A stretch of 64,000 nt of DNA from Gammaproteobacteria bacterium (GTDB lineage: Bacteria > Pseudomonadota > Gammaproteobacteria > UBA4575). The notes under the pieces were generated by a model. It was given only the letters and a program-made list of their open reading frames with translations. It did not search any database and had not been told where the DNA came from. Below, piece after piece: positions 51,310 to 62,256 of the stretch (its first letter is position 1; each line of letters starts with the position of its first letter). The stretch spans positions 320,001-384,000 of the forward strand of contig CBDEUS010000001.1 in assembly GCA_965243395.1 (NCBI GenBank). The letters run 5' to 3'. The position numbers and the translations under genes are program-made.

Positions 51310-51693
51310 TTGAAAATGAAAATTATCGGCACTGGAATTGATATTGTTGAGATCTCTCGAATTGCAAAATCTTTTGAACGATATGAGAAAAATTTTGCAT
51401 CTAAAATTCTGCATGATGATGAAATGAATGAATTTGGTAATGATTCAAATAAAGTAGCCTTTTTAGCTAAGCGTTTTGCCGTAAAAGAAGCCTTTGTTAA
51501 GGCTTTGGGGACAGGTATACGGGATAATGTAAATTGGCGTAAGATGTATGTCATTCATGATGACAAAGGAAAACCGTCACTAGTATTCACGGATGAGTTT
51601 GCAAAAGAAATAAACGCGGAAAGCTTGGATGTGCATATTAGTATTTCAGATGAAAAAGAATATGTAGTTGCACAAGCGCTAATCACAAAATAA
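51310..51693 (+). CDS. acpS: holo-ACP synthase
   Basis: GTGIDIVEI.R, LAKRFA.KEA..KALGTG, SISDE. Confidence 0.95.
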   Translation: MKMKIIGTGIDIVEISRIAKSFERYEKNFASKILHDDEMNEFGNDSNKVAFLAKRFAVKEAFVKALGTGIRDNVNWRKMYVIHDDKGKPSLVFTDEFAKEINAESLDVHISISDEKEYVVAQALITK

Positions 51694-51701
51694 AAAAACT
51701 A

Positions 51702-52595
51702 ATGAATAATTTTCCTACCATTGAAGAATTTGTTGGTAATACCCCTCTGGTGCGACTGCAACGGTTGCCAGGTAAAACTTCTAATATCATTTTAGGTAAA
51801 TTAGAAGGAAATAATCCAGCAGGTTCGGTAAAAGATCGACCCGCGCTTAGTATGATCGTTGAGGCAGAAAAACGTGGTGAAATTAAACCTGGCGATAGTT
51901 TAGTTGAAGCTACCAGTGGCAATACAGGTATTGCACTGGCCATGGTAGCTTCAATGAAAGGGTATAAATTAAAACTAATCATGCCTGAGAACATGAGCCA
52001 GGAACGTCGTGATGCCATGCAAGCCTTTGGTGCAGAACTTATTCTAGTTACAGAGGTAGAAGGAATGGAAGGTGCAAGAGATCTAGCATTAAAAATGCAA
52101 GCCGAAGGTAAAGGTAAAGTGTTAGATCAATTTGCCAATCCAGATAACCCTCTAGCGCATTACAACACTACAGGGCCAGAAATTTGGCGAGATACAGATG
52201 GAAAGATTACACACTTTGTAAGTTCAATGGGTACTACAGGCACAATAATGGGCACGTCTAAGTTCTTAAAGGAAGTAAACCCTGACATACAAATAGTGGG
52301 TGTAGAGCCTTCTGAAGGTTCGAAAATTCCCGGTATACGCAAATGGCCAGAAGAATACATTCCATCAATTTTTAATTCTGATGCGGTTGACCATGTTATC
52401 CAAGTCACACAAGCGGAAGCCGAAGACATGATGCGCAGACTTGGAAAAGAAGAAGGTATATTTTGCGGTGTGTCATCGGGTGGTGCGATGGCAGCGACTT
52501 TAAAAATTTCTGAGCAAGTTGAAAATGCAACAATCGTTAGTATTGTGTGTGATCGAGGGGATCGGTATTTGTCTACAGGGTTATTTGCACAATAA
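51702..52595 (+). CDS. cysM: cysteine synthase B
   Basis: KLEGNNPAGSVKDR, ATSGNTG, SSMGTTGT, IPGIRKWP, CDRGDRYLSTG. Confidence 0.95.
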   Translation: MNNFPTIEEFVGNTPLVRLQRLPGKTSNIILGKLEGNNPAGSVKDRPALSMIVEAEKRGEIKPGDSLVEATSGNTGIALAMVASMKGYKLKLIMPENMSQERRDAMQAFGAELILVTEVEGMEGARDLALKMQAEGKGKVLDQFANPDNPLAHYNTTGPEIWRDTDGKITHFVSSMGTTGTIMGTSKFLKEVNPDIQIVGVEPSEGSKIPGIRKWPEEYIPSIFNSDAVDHVIQVTQAEAEDMMRRLGKEEGIFCGVSSGGAMAATLKISEQVENATIVSIVCDRGDRYLSTGLFAQ

Positions 52596-52602
52596 TTAAC
52601 AC

Positions 52603-53373
52603 ATGAATGTACTTGTATTCGATATAGAAACGATTCCAGATATTGATTCAGGTAAGAAGATTTATGAACTAGAGGGTTTATCTGATAAGGATGTAATCAA
52701 AGCAATCGAGCATCTACGCAATCAACAAACAGGTAGTGAATTCATGCCCCATTACATGCAGAAAGTTGTGGCAATTTCTGCTGTATTGGCTGCAGGAAAT
52801 CAATTCAAAGTATGGTCTTTAGGTGATAAAGATTCCTCTGAAAAAGAATTGCTCGAACGTTTTTTTGCGGGTTTGGAAAAATATGATCCGACCATTGTTT
52901 CATGGAATGGTGGTGGGTTTGATTTGCCTGTTATTCATTATCGAGCACTTTTACACGGTGTTGAGGCACATCACTATTGGCAAGTAGGGGATGAAGATAC
53001 CAGTTTTCGTTATAACAATTATCTGGGCCGCTTTCATTGGCGGCATATCGATTTAATGGATGTGCTCGCGGGCTATCAAATGCGTGCTAACGCAAAATTA
53101 GATCACATTGCAACGATGCTGGGTTTTCCAGGTAAGTTAGGCATGGATGGAAGTAAAGTATGCGATGCTTATCTTGATGGGAAAATCGAAGATATTCGAA
53201 ATTATTGTGAAACGGATGTGTTAAATACTTATTTAGTATTTCTGCGTTTTGAGCTTATGCGTGGCAAACTCTATAAAAATGAATATGAAGAAAAATGCCA
53301 ACAAGTGAGGGATTATTTATCCGAATCAAATGAAGAGCATTTAAATAATTTTATGAATGCCTGGAGTTTTTAG
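52603..53373 (+). CDS. PolB-like 3'-5' exonuclease domain protein
   Basis: VFDIETIPD, SWNGGGFDLPV, HIDLMD, YCETDV; commonly follows cysM. Confidence 0.9.
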   Translation: MNVLVFDIETIPDIDSGKKIYELEGLSDKDVIKAIEHLRNQQTGSEFMPHYMQKVVAISAVLAAGNQFKVWSLGDKDSSEKELLERFFAGLEKYDPTIVSWNGGGFDLPVIHYRALLHGVEAHHYWQVGDEDTSFRYNNYLGRFHWRHIDLMDVLAGYQMRANAKLDHIATMLGFPGKLGMDGSKVCDAYLDGKIEDIRNYCETDVLNTYLVFLRFELMRGKLYKNEYEEKCQQVRDYLSESNEEHLNNFMNAWSF

Positions 53374-53827
53374 AATGATTATGCAAATAACATGGCCAAA
53401 CATAATTTATCTTGTCTTAGCTTTTTTATTATCATTTCCATTGTATTCAGCAGAGCCTAATCTTTCCGATGAGGAAACTGCAAAAAGATTGCTTTTAAAT
53501 AAAACTTTGCACTGCAATTTCAAAGAGCTTTGGTACGATGGTCCAGAGTATATTCAAGTAAAAGAAATAAGTGGCAATCAATTTAAAGGTTTCTCTAAGT
53601 TTTGGTGTCACGCAAAAGGTGTTAATTACACGGGATCTCTATCAAAAAATGTCTTAAAGTTTGATCAGGAGGGTACCTCGGCACAAACCTGTTATTGTCG
53701 TAGTGGGTCAATAAAGTTTTATTATGAACAGGATAGTCTAAAAGCAGAAGGAAAGTATAAGGTAGGCTGTGGTGCAACTCCTGCTCACGGCACCATAAAA
53801 TGTAATGTTATCGATACACTTGAATGA
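53357..53827 (+). CDS. hypothetical secreted protein with 6 Cys (start probably ~53375-53381)
   Basis: Hydrophobic signal-like N-terminus; no motif recognised. Confidence 0.6.
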   Translation: MPGVFRMIMQITWPNIIYLVLAFLLSFPLYSAEPNLSDEETAKRLLLNKTLHCNFKELWYDGPEYIQVKEISGNQFKGFSKFWCHAKGVNYTGSLSKNVLKFDQEGTSAQTCYCRSGSIKFYYEQDSLKAEGKYKVGCGATPAHGTIKCNVIDTLE

Positions 53828-53856
53828 AAATTGAATCATTTTTAAATCGATTGACA

Positions 53857-54990
53857 CTAATTATCTTTTAAAAGTAATTCTAATACTCTTTGATATATTT
53901 TTGTTAGTTGATCTAACGCATCCAGTTTAATATTTTCATTCACTTTGTGGATGCTTTCATTTACAGGACCAAGTTCGACAACTTGTGCGCCCGTGGGTGC
54001 AATAAAGCGGCCGTCCGATGTGCCACCGCCGGTAGATAATTCTGGTTTGATATTTATTGTTTCTTGAATCGCTTGTTCACAAGCCGCAGCGAGTTCAGCA
54101 GGTTCGCAATAGAAAGGATTGCCAGAAAGATGCCATTCAATCTCATAATCGAGTTTATGGTTAATTAAAACATTTAAAATCTTTGTTTTAATTTCGTCAG
54201 CGCTAATTTCTGTAGAGAAACGCAGATTAAAATCTACTTGCAAAACACCGGGGATAATGTTGTTCGCACCTGTTCCGGCATTAATGTTTGATATCTGAAA
54301 TGTTGTAGCGGGGAAGTGGTCGTTACCCGCATCCCATTGCAATGAGGTTAATTCTTGGAGTGCCGGCGCAAATTCATGCACTGGATTTTTAGCTAAATGT
54401 GGATAAGCAACATGGCCTTGTACACCATAGATATAAAGGGTTGCAGAAAGTGAGCCACGACGTCCAATCTTTAGTGTATCACCAAGTGTATTTGAACTAC
54501 TCGGTTCACCTACTATGCACATATCGATGATTTCATTGCGAGCCTGTAATTCTTCGACAACTTTTACAGTTCCATTCACAGCCGGACCTTCTTCATCGCT
54601 GGTAAGCAAAAAGGCAATAGAGCCTTTATGGCTGGGATTGGAAGCCACAAAATTCTTGCACGCTACAGCCATGGCAGCGATGCTGGATTTCATATCTGCT
54701 GCGCCTCGTCCAAATAACTGATCTTCGTGAACAGTTGGTATGAAAGGGTCATAATGCCATTGTTCTATTGGACCGGTTGGTACTACATCCGTATGTCCTG
54801 CAAAAACAAATAGTGGAGATTCATCACCACGGCGTAACCAAAGATTTGTAACATCGCCAAACGGCATTACTTCGGCTTCGAATCCTGATGATTGTAGAAA
54901 TTCACTTATTAATGACTGGCACCCTGCATCATTGGGTGTGACCGAAGTTTTTTCAATTAATTGCTTAGCGAGCTCAAGCGTTGCAGACAT
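53857..54990 (-). CDS. dapE: succinyl-diaminopimelate desuccinylase
   Basis: FAGHTDVVPTG, GRGAADMK, TSDEEG, VGEP, GHVAYPHLA, GGTSDGRF. Confidence 0.97.
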   Translation of the reverse strand: MSATLELAKQLIEKTSVTPNDAGCQSLISEFLQSSGFEAEVMPFGDVTNLWLRRGDESPLFVFAGHTDVVPTGPIEQWHYDPFIPTVHEDQLFGRGAADMKSSIAAMAVACKNFVASNPSHKGSIAFLLTSDEEGPAVNGTVKVVEELQARNEIIDMCIVGEPSSSNTLGDTLKIGRRGSLSATLYIYGVQGHVAYPHLAKNPVHEFAPALQELTSLQWDAGNDHFPATTFQISNINAGTGANNIIPGVLQVDFNLRFSTEISADEIKTKILNVLINHKLDYEIEWHLSGNPFYCEPAELAAACEQAIQETINIKPELSTGGGTSDGRFIAPTGAQVVELGPVNESIHKVNENIKLDALDQLTKIYQRVLELLLKDN

Positions 54991-55005
54991 GGTTGTATTG
55001 ATTAA

Positions 55006-55349
55006 TTATTTAAGTTTTTGAGCAAATACTTTGTCGTCAAATCCAACTTGAACAATTTTACCTTTTTGAACGACCGGACGCTTAATTAAAGTCGGATATT
55101 GTTGCATTAAATCTATGGCTTTGGTTTGGGTGAGGTAGACTGATCATTTTCTGATAGTTCCTTCCATGTTCTACTGCGTTTATTAAGTAGTACTTCCCAA
55201 TCAACTGCTCTGCACCAATCATTCAGCTGTTTTTTGGTGATACCTTGCTTTTTGTAATCGTGAAACTCAAATTTAATTTTTTTAGATATTAACCACTTTT
55301 GAGTTTTTTTGATGGTATCGCAGTTAGGTATTCCAAATACTTTCAACAT
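55006..55349 (-). pseudogene. ArsC/YffB-family reductase with a 1-nt frameshift near 55135
   Basis: First frame GIPNCDTIKK...LLNKRSRTWKEL; second frame LTQTKAIDLMQQYPTLIKRPVV...VGFD...stop at 55006. Confidence 0.85.
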
Positions 55350-55351
55350 GT

Positions 55352-56179
55352 TTAATCAATGGATCTTAACAATTCATTGATACCAACTTTGCTGCGAGTT
55401 TTCTCATCTACCTGCTTAACAATGACTGCGCAATATAAACTATATTTGCCATCCTTGGAGGGTAGGTTTCCTGAGACGACAACAGAGCCCGCTGGAATTC
55501 GTCCATAAGTGACTTCACCAGTTTCACGGTTATAGATTCTGGTGCTCTTACCAATGTAGACACCCATAGAAATGACAGCGCCCTCTTCTACGATTACACC
55601 TTCTACAATTTCGGAACGTGCACCGATAAAGCAATTGTCTTCAATTATGGTTGGTGTGGCTTGTAAAGGTTCCAAAACACCACCGATACCAACACCACCC
55701 GATAGGTGGACGTTTTTGCCAATTTGTGCACATGAACCCACTGTCACCCAAGTGTCTACCATAGTACCTGAATCTACATAAGCACCGATATTTACATAAC
55801 TTGGCATTAGGATCGCGTTGGGTGCGATATATGCACCGTGCCTTACCATTGCACCTGGCACAATTCTAGCGCCTTGGTTTTTTATTTCGTCTTCAGTCAT
55901 TTGTGAGAATTTTGTTGGCACTTTGTCATAATATTTTGTTACACCAACATCAATAATTTCGTTTTCATTCATACGAAAAGAAAGTAGAACTGCTTTTTTA
56001 ATCCACTCGTTTGTAATCCAGTCATTGCCTTGTTTTTCTGCCACGCGAAGTTTGCCTAAATCAACAAGATTTAATGTTTCTTCAACCGCTTTGCGGACTT
56101 GAGGGTCGGTTGTAGAGGGTGTGATGTCAGCGAGGTTTTCAAATGCATTTTCTATGACATCTCTAGATTGATCGGACAT
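55352..56179 (-). CDS. dapD: tetrahydrodipicolinate N-succinyltransferase
   Basis: [40 protein letters not shown]. Confidence 0.98.
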   Translation of the reverse strand: MSDQSRDVIENAFENLADITPSTTDPQVRKAVEETLNLVDLGKLRVAEKQGNDWITNEWIKKAVLLSFRMNENEIIDVGVTKYYDKVPTKFSQMTEDEIKNQGARIVPGAMVRHGAYIAPNAILMPSYVNIGAYVDSGTMVDTWVTVGSCAQIGKNVHLSGGVGIGGVLEPLQATPTIIEDNCFIGARSEIVEGVIVEEGAVISMGVYIGKSTRIYNRETGEVTYGRIPAGSVVVSGNLPSKDGKYSLYCAVIVKQVDEKTRSKVGINELLRSID

Positions 56180-56200
56180 GATTTCTCCTGCAATGTAAAT

Positions 56201-57397
56201 TTATTGTTCTTCGAGCAATTCTCTGATTCTTTGTGTAGCCACTACACATTCTTCATACTCAGCAACGAGCGCTAAGCGTACACGGTTTTTACCAGGGTTA
56301 TAACCATTAACTTCTCTGGCTAAGAAGCTGCCTGGGAGGCTAAGCACATTTTTCTTAGTATAAAGTAGCTTGCAAAACTCTACCTCATCTAATGGCAGTT
56401 CAGGCCATAGATAAAATCCTGCTTCTGGTTTTTGACATTCTAATATGGATCCAAAAATTTCAATTACCGATCTAAATTTTTGATCATACAGTTGGCGATT
56501 AGATTCTACGTGACTCTCATCTGACCATGCAGCGACACTTGATGCCTGGACAGATAAAGACATTGCACAACCGTGATATGTACGATACTGAAAAAACTGT
56601 TCAATTAAATCATTTGATCCTGCAACAAAGCCTGATCGCAAACCGGGTGCATTTGACCGTTTAGATAAACTATAAAAAGCCATGCAATTTTTCAGGTCTG
56701 GGTTTCCTGTATTTTCTGCATGATGGAGTAAACCCATGGGGGGAGATGAATCAGGTGAATAAATTTCCGAGTAGCATTCATCAGAAGCAATTATAAAATC
56801 ATACTTTAACGAATAAGTTAATAATTGCTTGATCGTTTTTGCTGGAGCAATTTCACCCGTCGGGTTACCTGGCGTACATATATATAAAAGTTGACAACGG
56901 TTCCAAATTTTTTCACTTATTTCCCACAATGCAGGTATATCTCCATCTACAACTCTGCAGTCATAATATACAGGCTCCGCACCTGCTAATAATGCTGCAC
57001 CTTCATAAATTTGGTAAAAAGGGTTGGGAATTAAAACAATTGGTTTAACGCTTTGATCAACGACGCATTGTGCTAATGCAAATAGTGCTTCACGCGTACC
57101 GTTTACCGGTAAAACATTTTCGTCTTCATTAATATTTTTTTCATCAAGCTGAAATCGATTGATCAACCATTGTGCACATGCTTGGCGTAACTCTGAAGTT
57201 CCTTTAGTAGTGGGATATTTGGAAAGCATGCCTACATTTTTTGAAAGCGTATCTTTTATGATTGAAGGAGTTGCATGTTTAGGTTCACCAATGGCTAGGG
57301 ATATGGGTGAAAGTTGCGAATTTGGCGTTACTCCTGCTATTAATTTGTTCAGCTTCTCAAACGGGTACGCTTGTAGTTTTTGTAAATATGGATTCAT
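56201..57397 (-). CDS. dapC: succinyldiaminopimelate transaminase
   Basis: YPFEKL, IGEPKH, PVNGTREAL, NPFYQIYEGAA, SLSKRSNAPGLRSGF. Confidence 0.93.
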   Translation of the reverse strand: MNPYLQKLQAYPFEKLNKLIAGVTPNSQLSPISLAIGEPKHATPSIIKDTLSKNVGMLSKYPTTKGTSELRQACAQWLINRFQLDEKNINEDENVLPVNGTREALFALAQCVVDQSVKPIVLIPNPFYQIYEGAALLAGAEPVYYDCRVVDGDIPALWEISEKIWNRCQLLYICTPGNPTGEIAPAKTIKQLLTYSLKYDFIIASDECYSEIYSPDSSPPMGLLHHAENTGNPDLKNCMAFYSLSKRSNAPGLRSGFVAGSNDLIEQFFQYRTYHGCAMSLSVQASSVAAWSDESHVESNRQLYDQKFRSVIEIFGSILECQKPEAGFYLWPELPLDEVEFCKLLYTKKNVLSLPGSFLAREVNGYNPGKNRVRLALVAEYEECVVATQRIRELLEEQ

Positions 57398-57412
57398 TAG
57401 AAGGAATGCTTC

Positions 57413-60097
57413 TTATACAGCAAGTGCGATTTGTTTTGGTTGTTGTAAATAGCTTCTAATGGTATCGGCGAGATGATTTTGCTGTACTTCATTCAGTGCT
57501 GATGTATCTAGATTACTAATATGAAAAATATTATGAACACGCTCTCCTAGTTTTGAAATACGGGCATTGTGCACAGAGATATCGCAATCGATAAAAGCAT
57601 TACCCAATCCGGCTAACAGACCTGAAAAGTCAGGTGCTTTTAATTCCATAATGGTTTGTGTGTTTGTTTTATTGTTTTCAAAATAGATTTCGATTGGAAC
57701 TTGTAATTCTCTAACTCGTCGAGATAAGCCGTGAGAAAAACTAGTAGTAACCAGTTCAGGATGTTTAAGTGTTTTAGTTATCTCTTCAGCGACTAGAGCG
57801 CATTGATTGTCATCATCAATGGCTTGACCATTATTATCCAAGACCAAGAATGTATCTAGTGCATGTCCACTATTAGATGTAATTACTCTTGCATGTACAA
57901 TCGAAAGCCCAAGTTTTACCAAAGTTGAGGTGATGTGTGCAAATAAGTAATTGCGGTCTCTGCAATAGATAAAAATTTCAGTTGCACCTCTTGCGCTGTA
58001 CTGATGTATGTTTACGATCACATCATTATTATCTTTATGTTCTAAAATTGCTTGGGTATGACGCATCACTTCTTCGTCTGAATGGCGCAAAAAGTATTCA
58101 TCATCAAGTTCTTTCCATATAGATAAAAAGTTACTTTTAGGTATACCTATTTCAATTAGTCTTTGTAATGCCGAATTTTTCACTTCACTAATAAGTTCTT
58201 CTCGTTTAATGGGTGAGCTCAATCCACGTCGAAGGATGCGCGCAGTGTTTTGGTATAGCTCATTTAATAATGTGCTTCGCCAACCATTCCATAGCTTTGG
58301 ATTTGTACCTTGAATATCTGCAATAGTGAGTAAATATAGGTAGTTTAAGCGGGTTAAGTTCCCTACATTTCCAGCAAACTCATTGATGACATCAGGATCA
58401 TCAATATCATAATTTTGAGCGGTCATAGACATGACGAGATGATTTTTCACTAGCCAAGCAACTAAGTTAGAGTCAAAAGTGCTGAGACCATGTTTTAAAC
58501 AAAATTCTCTAGATTCACTTTCACCAAGTTCTGAGTGGTCTCCACCGCGACCTTTCGCGATGTCATGAAAGAGAGCAGCTAGGTATAAGACAATTGCTTT
58601 AGGAGTTTGCATAAAAATATCATGATATGTAGCAAACTCACCTTCGGATTTGGGGTCGCTAAAATGGCATGCATTACTAAATACCCTAAGAGTGTGTTCT
58701 TCAACAGTGTAAATATGGAATAGGTCAAACTGCATTCGACCTGTGACTGCATCAAAGCTAGGCAAGTATTTTCCTAGCACCCCTAATTGTGCCATGCGAC
58801 GAACTTCACGGTTATTGAGTTTCGCGTCTTGAAGAATCGCTATAAATAATTCTCGGTTTTCAGAGTTTTCTCTAAATTCATCATCAATTACAGATAAGCT
58901 ATCAATAATTAACTGAATTAAGTTGTCACTTGGCCCCACAAGATTTTTATGGATCTGGAAGAGTCTAAACACCTCGAGAATTGCGCTAGGAGTTTCTAAA
59001 AATATAGCTGGTTTGATCGCTTCCAATAGATTTGCACGTGATTGAAATCGTGAGTTGATGTTTTTTGCTCTTCTTTTAAATAATGTAGGGAATATGGAAG
59101 TTTGTAATCTGTTTACAATTATTTCAGACAATGTTGAGAGTTGGTTACTGGCTCTATAAAACGTTTGCATAAAATCTTCAACACGTTGATTGCGGTTTTC
59201 ATTACTAAAACCCAAAAGTGAAGCAACATCGTATTGATAGTCAAATAGCAAACGATCTTCTCCGCGTCCAACATGCAAGTGCAGTGCAAATCTGACTTTA
59301 GCGATAATTTTGTATACATTTAGTAAAATATTCATTTCATTTGCTGAGAAAAAACCGATGTCTACAAGTTCTTCAAATGAAAAAGTATTAAAGTGGCGGT
59401 TAGTAAGCCAGCGCAAAGTATGAATATCCCGTAAGCCACCAGGATTTTCTTTTACATTGGGCTCAAGATGATTAGCGGTATCACCAAATTTTTTATGACG
59501 AGTTTCGAGTTCGATAAATTTTTCTTTAAAATATTTTTTACTTGGCCAGATTTTTTGGTTTTTTGTTAATGCTACGATTTGTTGGTATAAATTTTTATTC
59601 CCCGCTAAAAAATAATGCTCCATTAGACTAGTCATTACCGTGACGTCGTTTTTTGCTTCTACTACACATTCCTTGGAAGATCGTACAGATTGTGCGATGG
59701 GTAAATTAATATCCCAAAGAAATGTCAAAAAACTCTCGATTTTAGATGTTAGTGACGTATCGGCACTTTTTTCTAGCACGATCATGATATCGATATCAGA
59801 TTGAGGGAACATTTCGCGTCTTCCGTAACCGCCTATGGCGATCAATGCGGCATCATTATCAGGAATTTCAAACTGTTTCCAAATATTTTTTAATAATTCA
59901 TCGATAATGCAAGTATTGAGAGAAATTAAATAATATATATCCGTATCTTTATTGAATCGATTTTCGAGTAGCGTTGATAATTCATTTTTGAAATTTTTAT
60001 ATTCAGCTACTGTTAACTTGGTATTTAATTTTGAATTTAAAAATTTAAGTAGTCTTGAATTTTCATCAAGTTCTTCATAAATATTTAATTTAATCAT
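57413..60097 (-). CDS. glnD: [protein-PII] uridylyltransferase
   Basis: AIGGYGR.E..P.SDID, LEPNVKE.PGGLRD, FHDIAKGRGGDHS, two ACT domains. Confidence 0.96.
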   Translation of the reverse strand: MIKLNIYEELDENSRLLKFLNSKLNTKLTVAEYKNFKNELSTLLENRFNKDTDIYYLISLNTCIIDELLKNIWKQFEIPDNDAALIAIGGYGRREMFPQSDIDIMIVLEKSADTSLTSKIESFLTFLWDINLPIAQSVRSSKECVVEAKNDVTVMTSLMEHYFLAGNKNLYQQIVALTKNQKIWPSKKYFKEKFIELETRHKKFGDTANHLEPNVKENPGGLRDIHTLRWLTNRHFNTFSFEELVDIGFFSANEMNILLNVYKIIAKVRFALHLHVGRGEDRLLFDYQYDVASLLGFSNENRNQRVEDFMQTFYRASNQLSTLSEIIVNRLQTSIFPTLFKRRAKNINSRFQSRANLLEAIKPAIFLETPSAILEVFRLFQIHKNLVGPSDNLIQLIIDSLSVIDDEFRENSENRELFIAILQDAKLNNREVRRMAQLGVLGKYLPSFDAVTGRMQFDLFHIYTVEEHTLRVFSNACHFSDPKSEGEFATYHDIFMQTPKAIVLYLAALFHDIAKGRGGDHSELGESESREFCLKHGLSTFDSNLVAWLVKNHLVMSMTAQNYDIDDPDVINEFAGNVGNLTRLNYLYLLTIADIQGTNPKLWNGWRSTLLNELYQNTARILRRGLSSPIKREELISEVKNSALQRLIEIGIPKSNFLSIWKELDDEYFLRHSDEEVMRHTQAILEHKDNNDVIVNIHQYSARGATEIFIYCRDRNYLFAHITSTLVKLGLSIVHARVITSNSGHALDTFLVLDNNGQAIDDDNQCALVAEEITKTLKHPELVTTSFSHGLSRRVRELQVPIEIYFENNKTNTQTIMELKAPDFSGLLAGLGNAFIDCDISVHNARISKLGERVHNIFHISNLDTSALNEVQQNHLADTIRSYLQQPKQIALAV

Positions 60098-60141
60098 GTA
60101 GATGGTAGATGCTAAGAAACTTGCAAGAAATAAATTACTTG

Positions 60142-60915
60142 TTACAGGTTTTCATCACTACGAAGAGTTAATACTTCATAGCCATTATCTGTTACAAGAA
60201 TTGTGTGTTCCCATTGTGCAGACAAGCTATGATCTTTGGTGACTACAGTCCAGCCATCAGGGAGCAAGCGTACATTTCGTTTTCCTGCATTTACCATAGG
60301 CTCTATGGTAAAAGTCATACCCGCTTGAAGTTCCATGCCGGTATTGGGTTTTCCATAATGTAAAACTTGTGGGTCTTCATGAAACATTCGGCCAATTCCA
60401 TGGCCGCAATATTCTCGTACAACACTACAACGATTTTTTTCAACAAAACTTTGTATTTTATGTCCAATATCGCCAAGCATGACTCCTGGCTTGACCTCTT
60501 GTATACCCAGACTTAATGCTTCGTAAGTCAGATCGACTAATCTTTGAGCCAGCACGGTCGGTTTACCAATCATAAACATCTTGCTGGTGTCACCATGAAA
60601 ATCATCTTTGATTACGGTGATATCTATATTGAGAATATCGCCATTTTTCAGGATGCGGTCACCTGGAATACCATGACAAACTTGATGGTTTACAGAGGTG
60701 CAGATTGATTTCGGGAAGCCTCGGTAGTTAAGAGGTGCCGGAATAGCTTGTAATTCATTGACGATATATTCATGACAAATATGGTCTAGTTCTTGAGTGC
60801 TAACCCCTGGTTTAACGTGGGGTTCAATCATTTCCAGTACGGTTGAGGCGAGTTTGCCCGCTACCCGCATTTTCTCAATTTCGTCTGATGTTTTGATAGT
60901 AACGCTCATGGCCAT
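60142..60915 (-). CDS. map: methionine aminopeptidase
   Basis: CTSVN..VCHGIP, GDTSKM, YCGHGIG..FHE.P, TIEPM, SAQWEHT. Confidence 0.97.
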   Translation of the reverse strand: MAMSVTIKTSDEIEKMRVAGKLASTVLEMIEPHVKPGVSTQELDHICHEYIVNELQAIPAPLNYRGFPKSICTSVNHQVCHGIPGDRILKNGDILNIDITVIKDDFHGDTSKMFMIGKPTVLAQRLVDLTYEALSLGIQEVKPGVMLGDIGHKIQSFVEKNRCSVVREYCGHGIGRMFHEDPQVLHYGKPNTGMELQAGMTFTIEPMVNAGKRNVRLLPDGWTVVTKDHSLSAQWEHTILVTDNGYEVLTLRSDENL

Positions 60916-61032
60916 AGAGTGTTGTTATTTATAAATATGCAGGCTTTTCTAAGTATTTGTTCTGAATAAGCAATCATGTTATAAAGCGCCCGCGCTTAAG
61001 GCAAATTAAGACCTGGACGCATAAAATAAATT

Positions 61033-61103
61033 CACACGTATATCGACACATGTGGTTGGGTGCTCAAAAGAGTTTCCACATGGGATATACGGAGGTTTAA
61101 CCC
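61033..61103 (+). ncRNA. rpsB leader (t44-like autoregulatory structure)
   Basis: CACACGTATATCGACACATGTGG..GGGTGC...CCACATGGGATATACGGAGG..TAACCC matches the known enterobacterial rpsB leader pattern. Confidence 0.75.
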
Positions 61104-61121
61104 ATAGGAGTAAAACATATA

Positions 61122-62201
61122 ATGACTAGCGTCACCATGCGCCAGATGTTAGAGGCTGGCGTACATTTTGGTCATCAGACCCGTTATTGGAACCCGAAAA
61201 TGAGTCCTTACATTTTCGGTGAAAGAAATAAAATACATATTATTAATCTTGAGAAAACATTACCGATGTTTCTTGATGCGGCTACTTTCCTAGGAAGTAT
61301 GGCTGCAAATCGCGGCACCGTTTTATTTGTTGGTACAAAACGATCTGCGCGAGATGCGATACGTGATGAAGCGATGCGGTGTGGTATGCCATATGTTAAT
61401 CACCGTTGGTTAGGTGGCATGCTAACTAACTTCAATACAGTTAAGAAATCAATTCAACGCTTGCACGATTTAGAACAAATGGTGAGTGGTGAGGGAATTG
61501 AGAGATTAAATAAGAAAGAGGTGCTTGAGCTTCGACGTGAACTGTTTAAGTTAGAGCGAAGCCTGGGCGGAATAAAGAACATGCCGTCTCTGCCAGATGT
61601 TTTGTTTGTGATTGATGTCGGGTATGAAGCAATTGCAGTTAAAGAGGCAAACAAACTTGGTATACCGGTTGTTGCAATCGTTGACACGAATAATAAAGCG
61701 GATGGCGTTGATTACTTAGTTCCAGGTAATGATGATGCAATTCGTGCAATCAAGTTATATTCGTCGAATATAGCGGATGCAATTATTGAAGGTAAAGAAA
61801 GCTCTCGTGTCATGGCGGGTGGTAATGAAGATGAGTTTGTCGAAGTTGATGAGTCAGGCAAAGTTGCAGAAAAAGAAAAAAGTACAAAAGCAAAGCCTAA
61901 ACAAAAGGTAACTATTAAGAAAAAAGTTACTGCGAAAAAAATTGAAAAGATTGAGAAGGAAGATGTCATAGAGGATAAGCCAATCGAGACTCCGGTCGAA
62001 ACCGATAATCAGGTAGACATTATTGATATTGATGGTATAGGACCTAAGTATGCTGAAGCACTTAATAAGGCTGGTATCGTTACGGTGCAGAATTTACTTG
62101 ATAAATGCTCTTCTGCAGACGCTGTTGCAGGATTAGCTGAAGAAACTGGTCTTAGCGAAAAATCCATAGAATCATGGGTTGAACAAGCAAAATCAATGTA
62201 A
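61122..62201 (+). CDS. rpsB: 30S ribosomal protein S2 with a long C-terminal extension
   Basis: [37 protein letters not shown]; extra ~120 aa. Confidence 0.97.
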   Translation: MTSVTMRQMLEAGVHFGHQTRYWNPKMSPYIFGERNKIHIINLEKTLPMFLDAATFLGSMAANRGTVLFVGTKRSARDAIRDEAMRCGMPYVNHRWLGGMLTNFNTVKKSIQRLHDLEQMVSGEGIERLNKKEVLELRRELFKLERSLGGIKNMPSLPDVLFVIDVGYEAIAVKEANKLGIPVVAIVDTNNKADGVDYLVPGNDDAIRAIKLYSSNIADAIIEGKESSRVMAGGNEDEFVEVDESGKVAEKEKSTKAKPKQKVTIKKKVTAKKIEKIEKEDVIEDKPIETPVETDNQVDIIDIDGIGPKYAEALNKAGIVTVQNLLDKCSSADAVAGLAEETGLSEKSIESWVEQAKSM

Positions 62202-62256
62202 TGAGTTTGATGTCTATTTCAACAAAATTTAATAGTTAAAATTTCTAGGAAAAATA

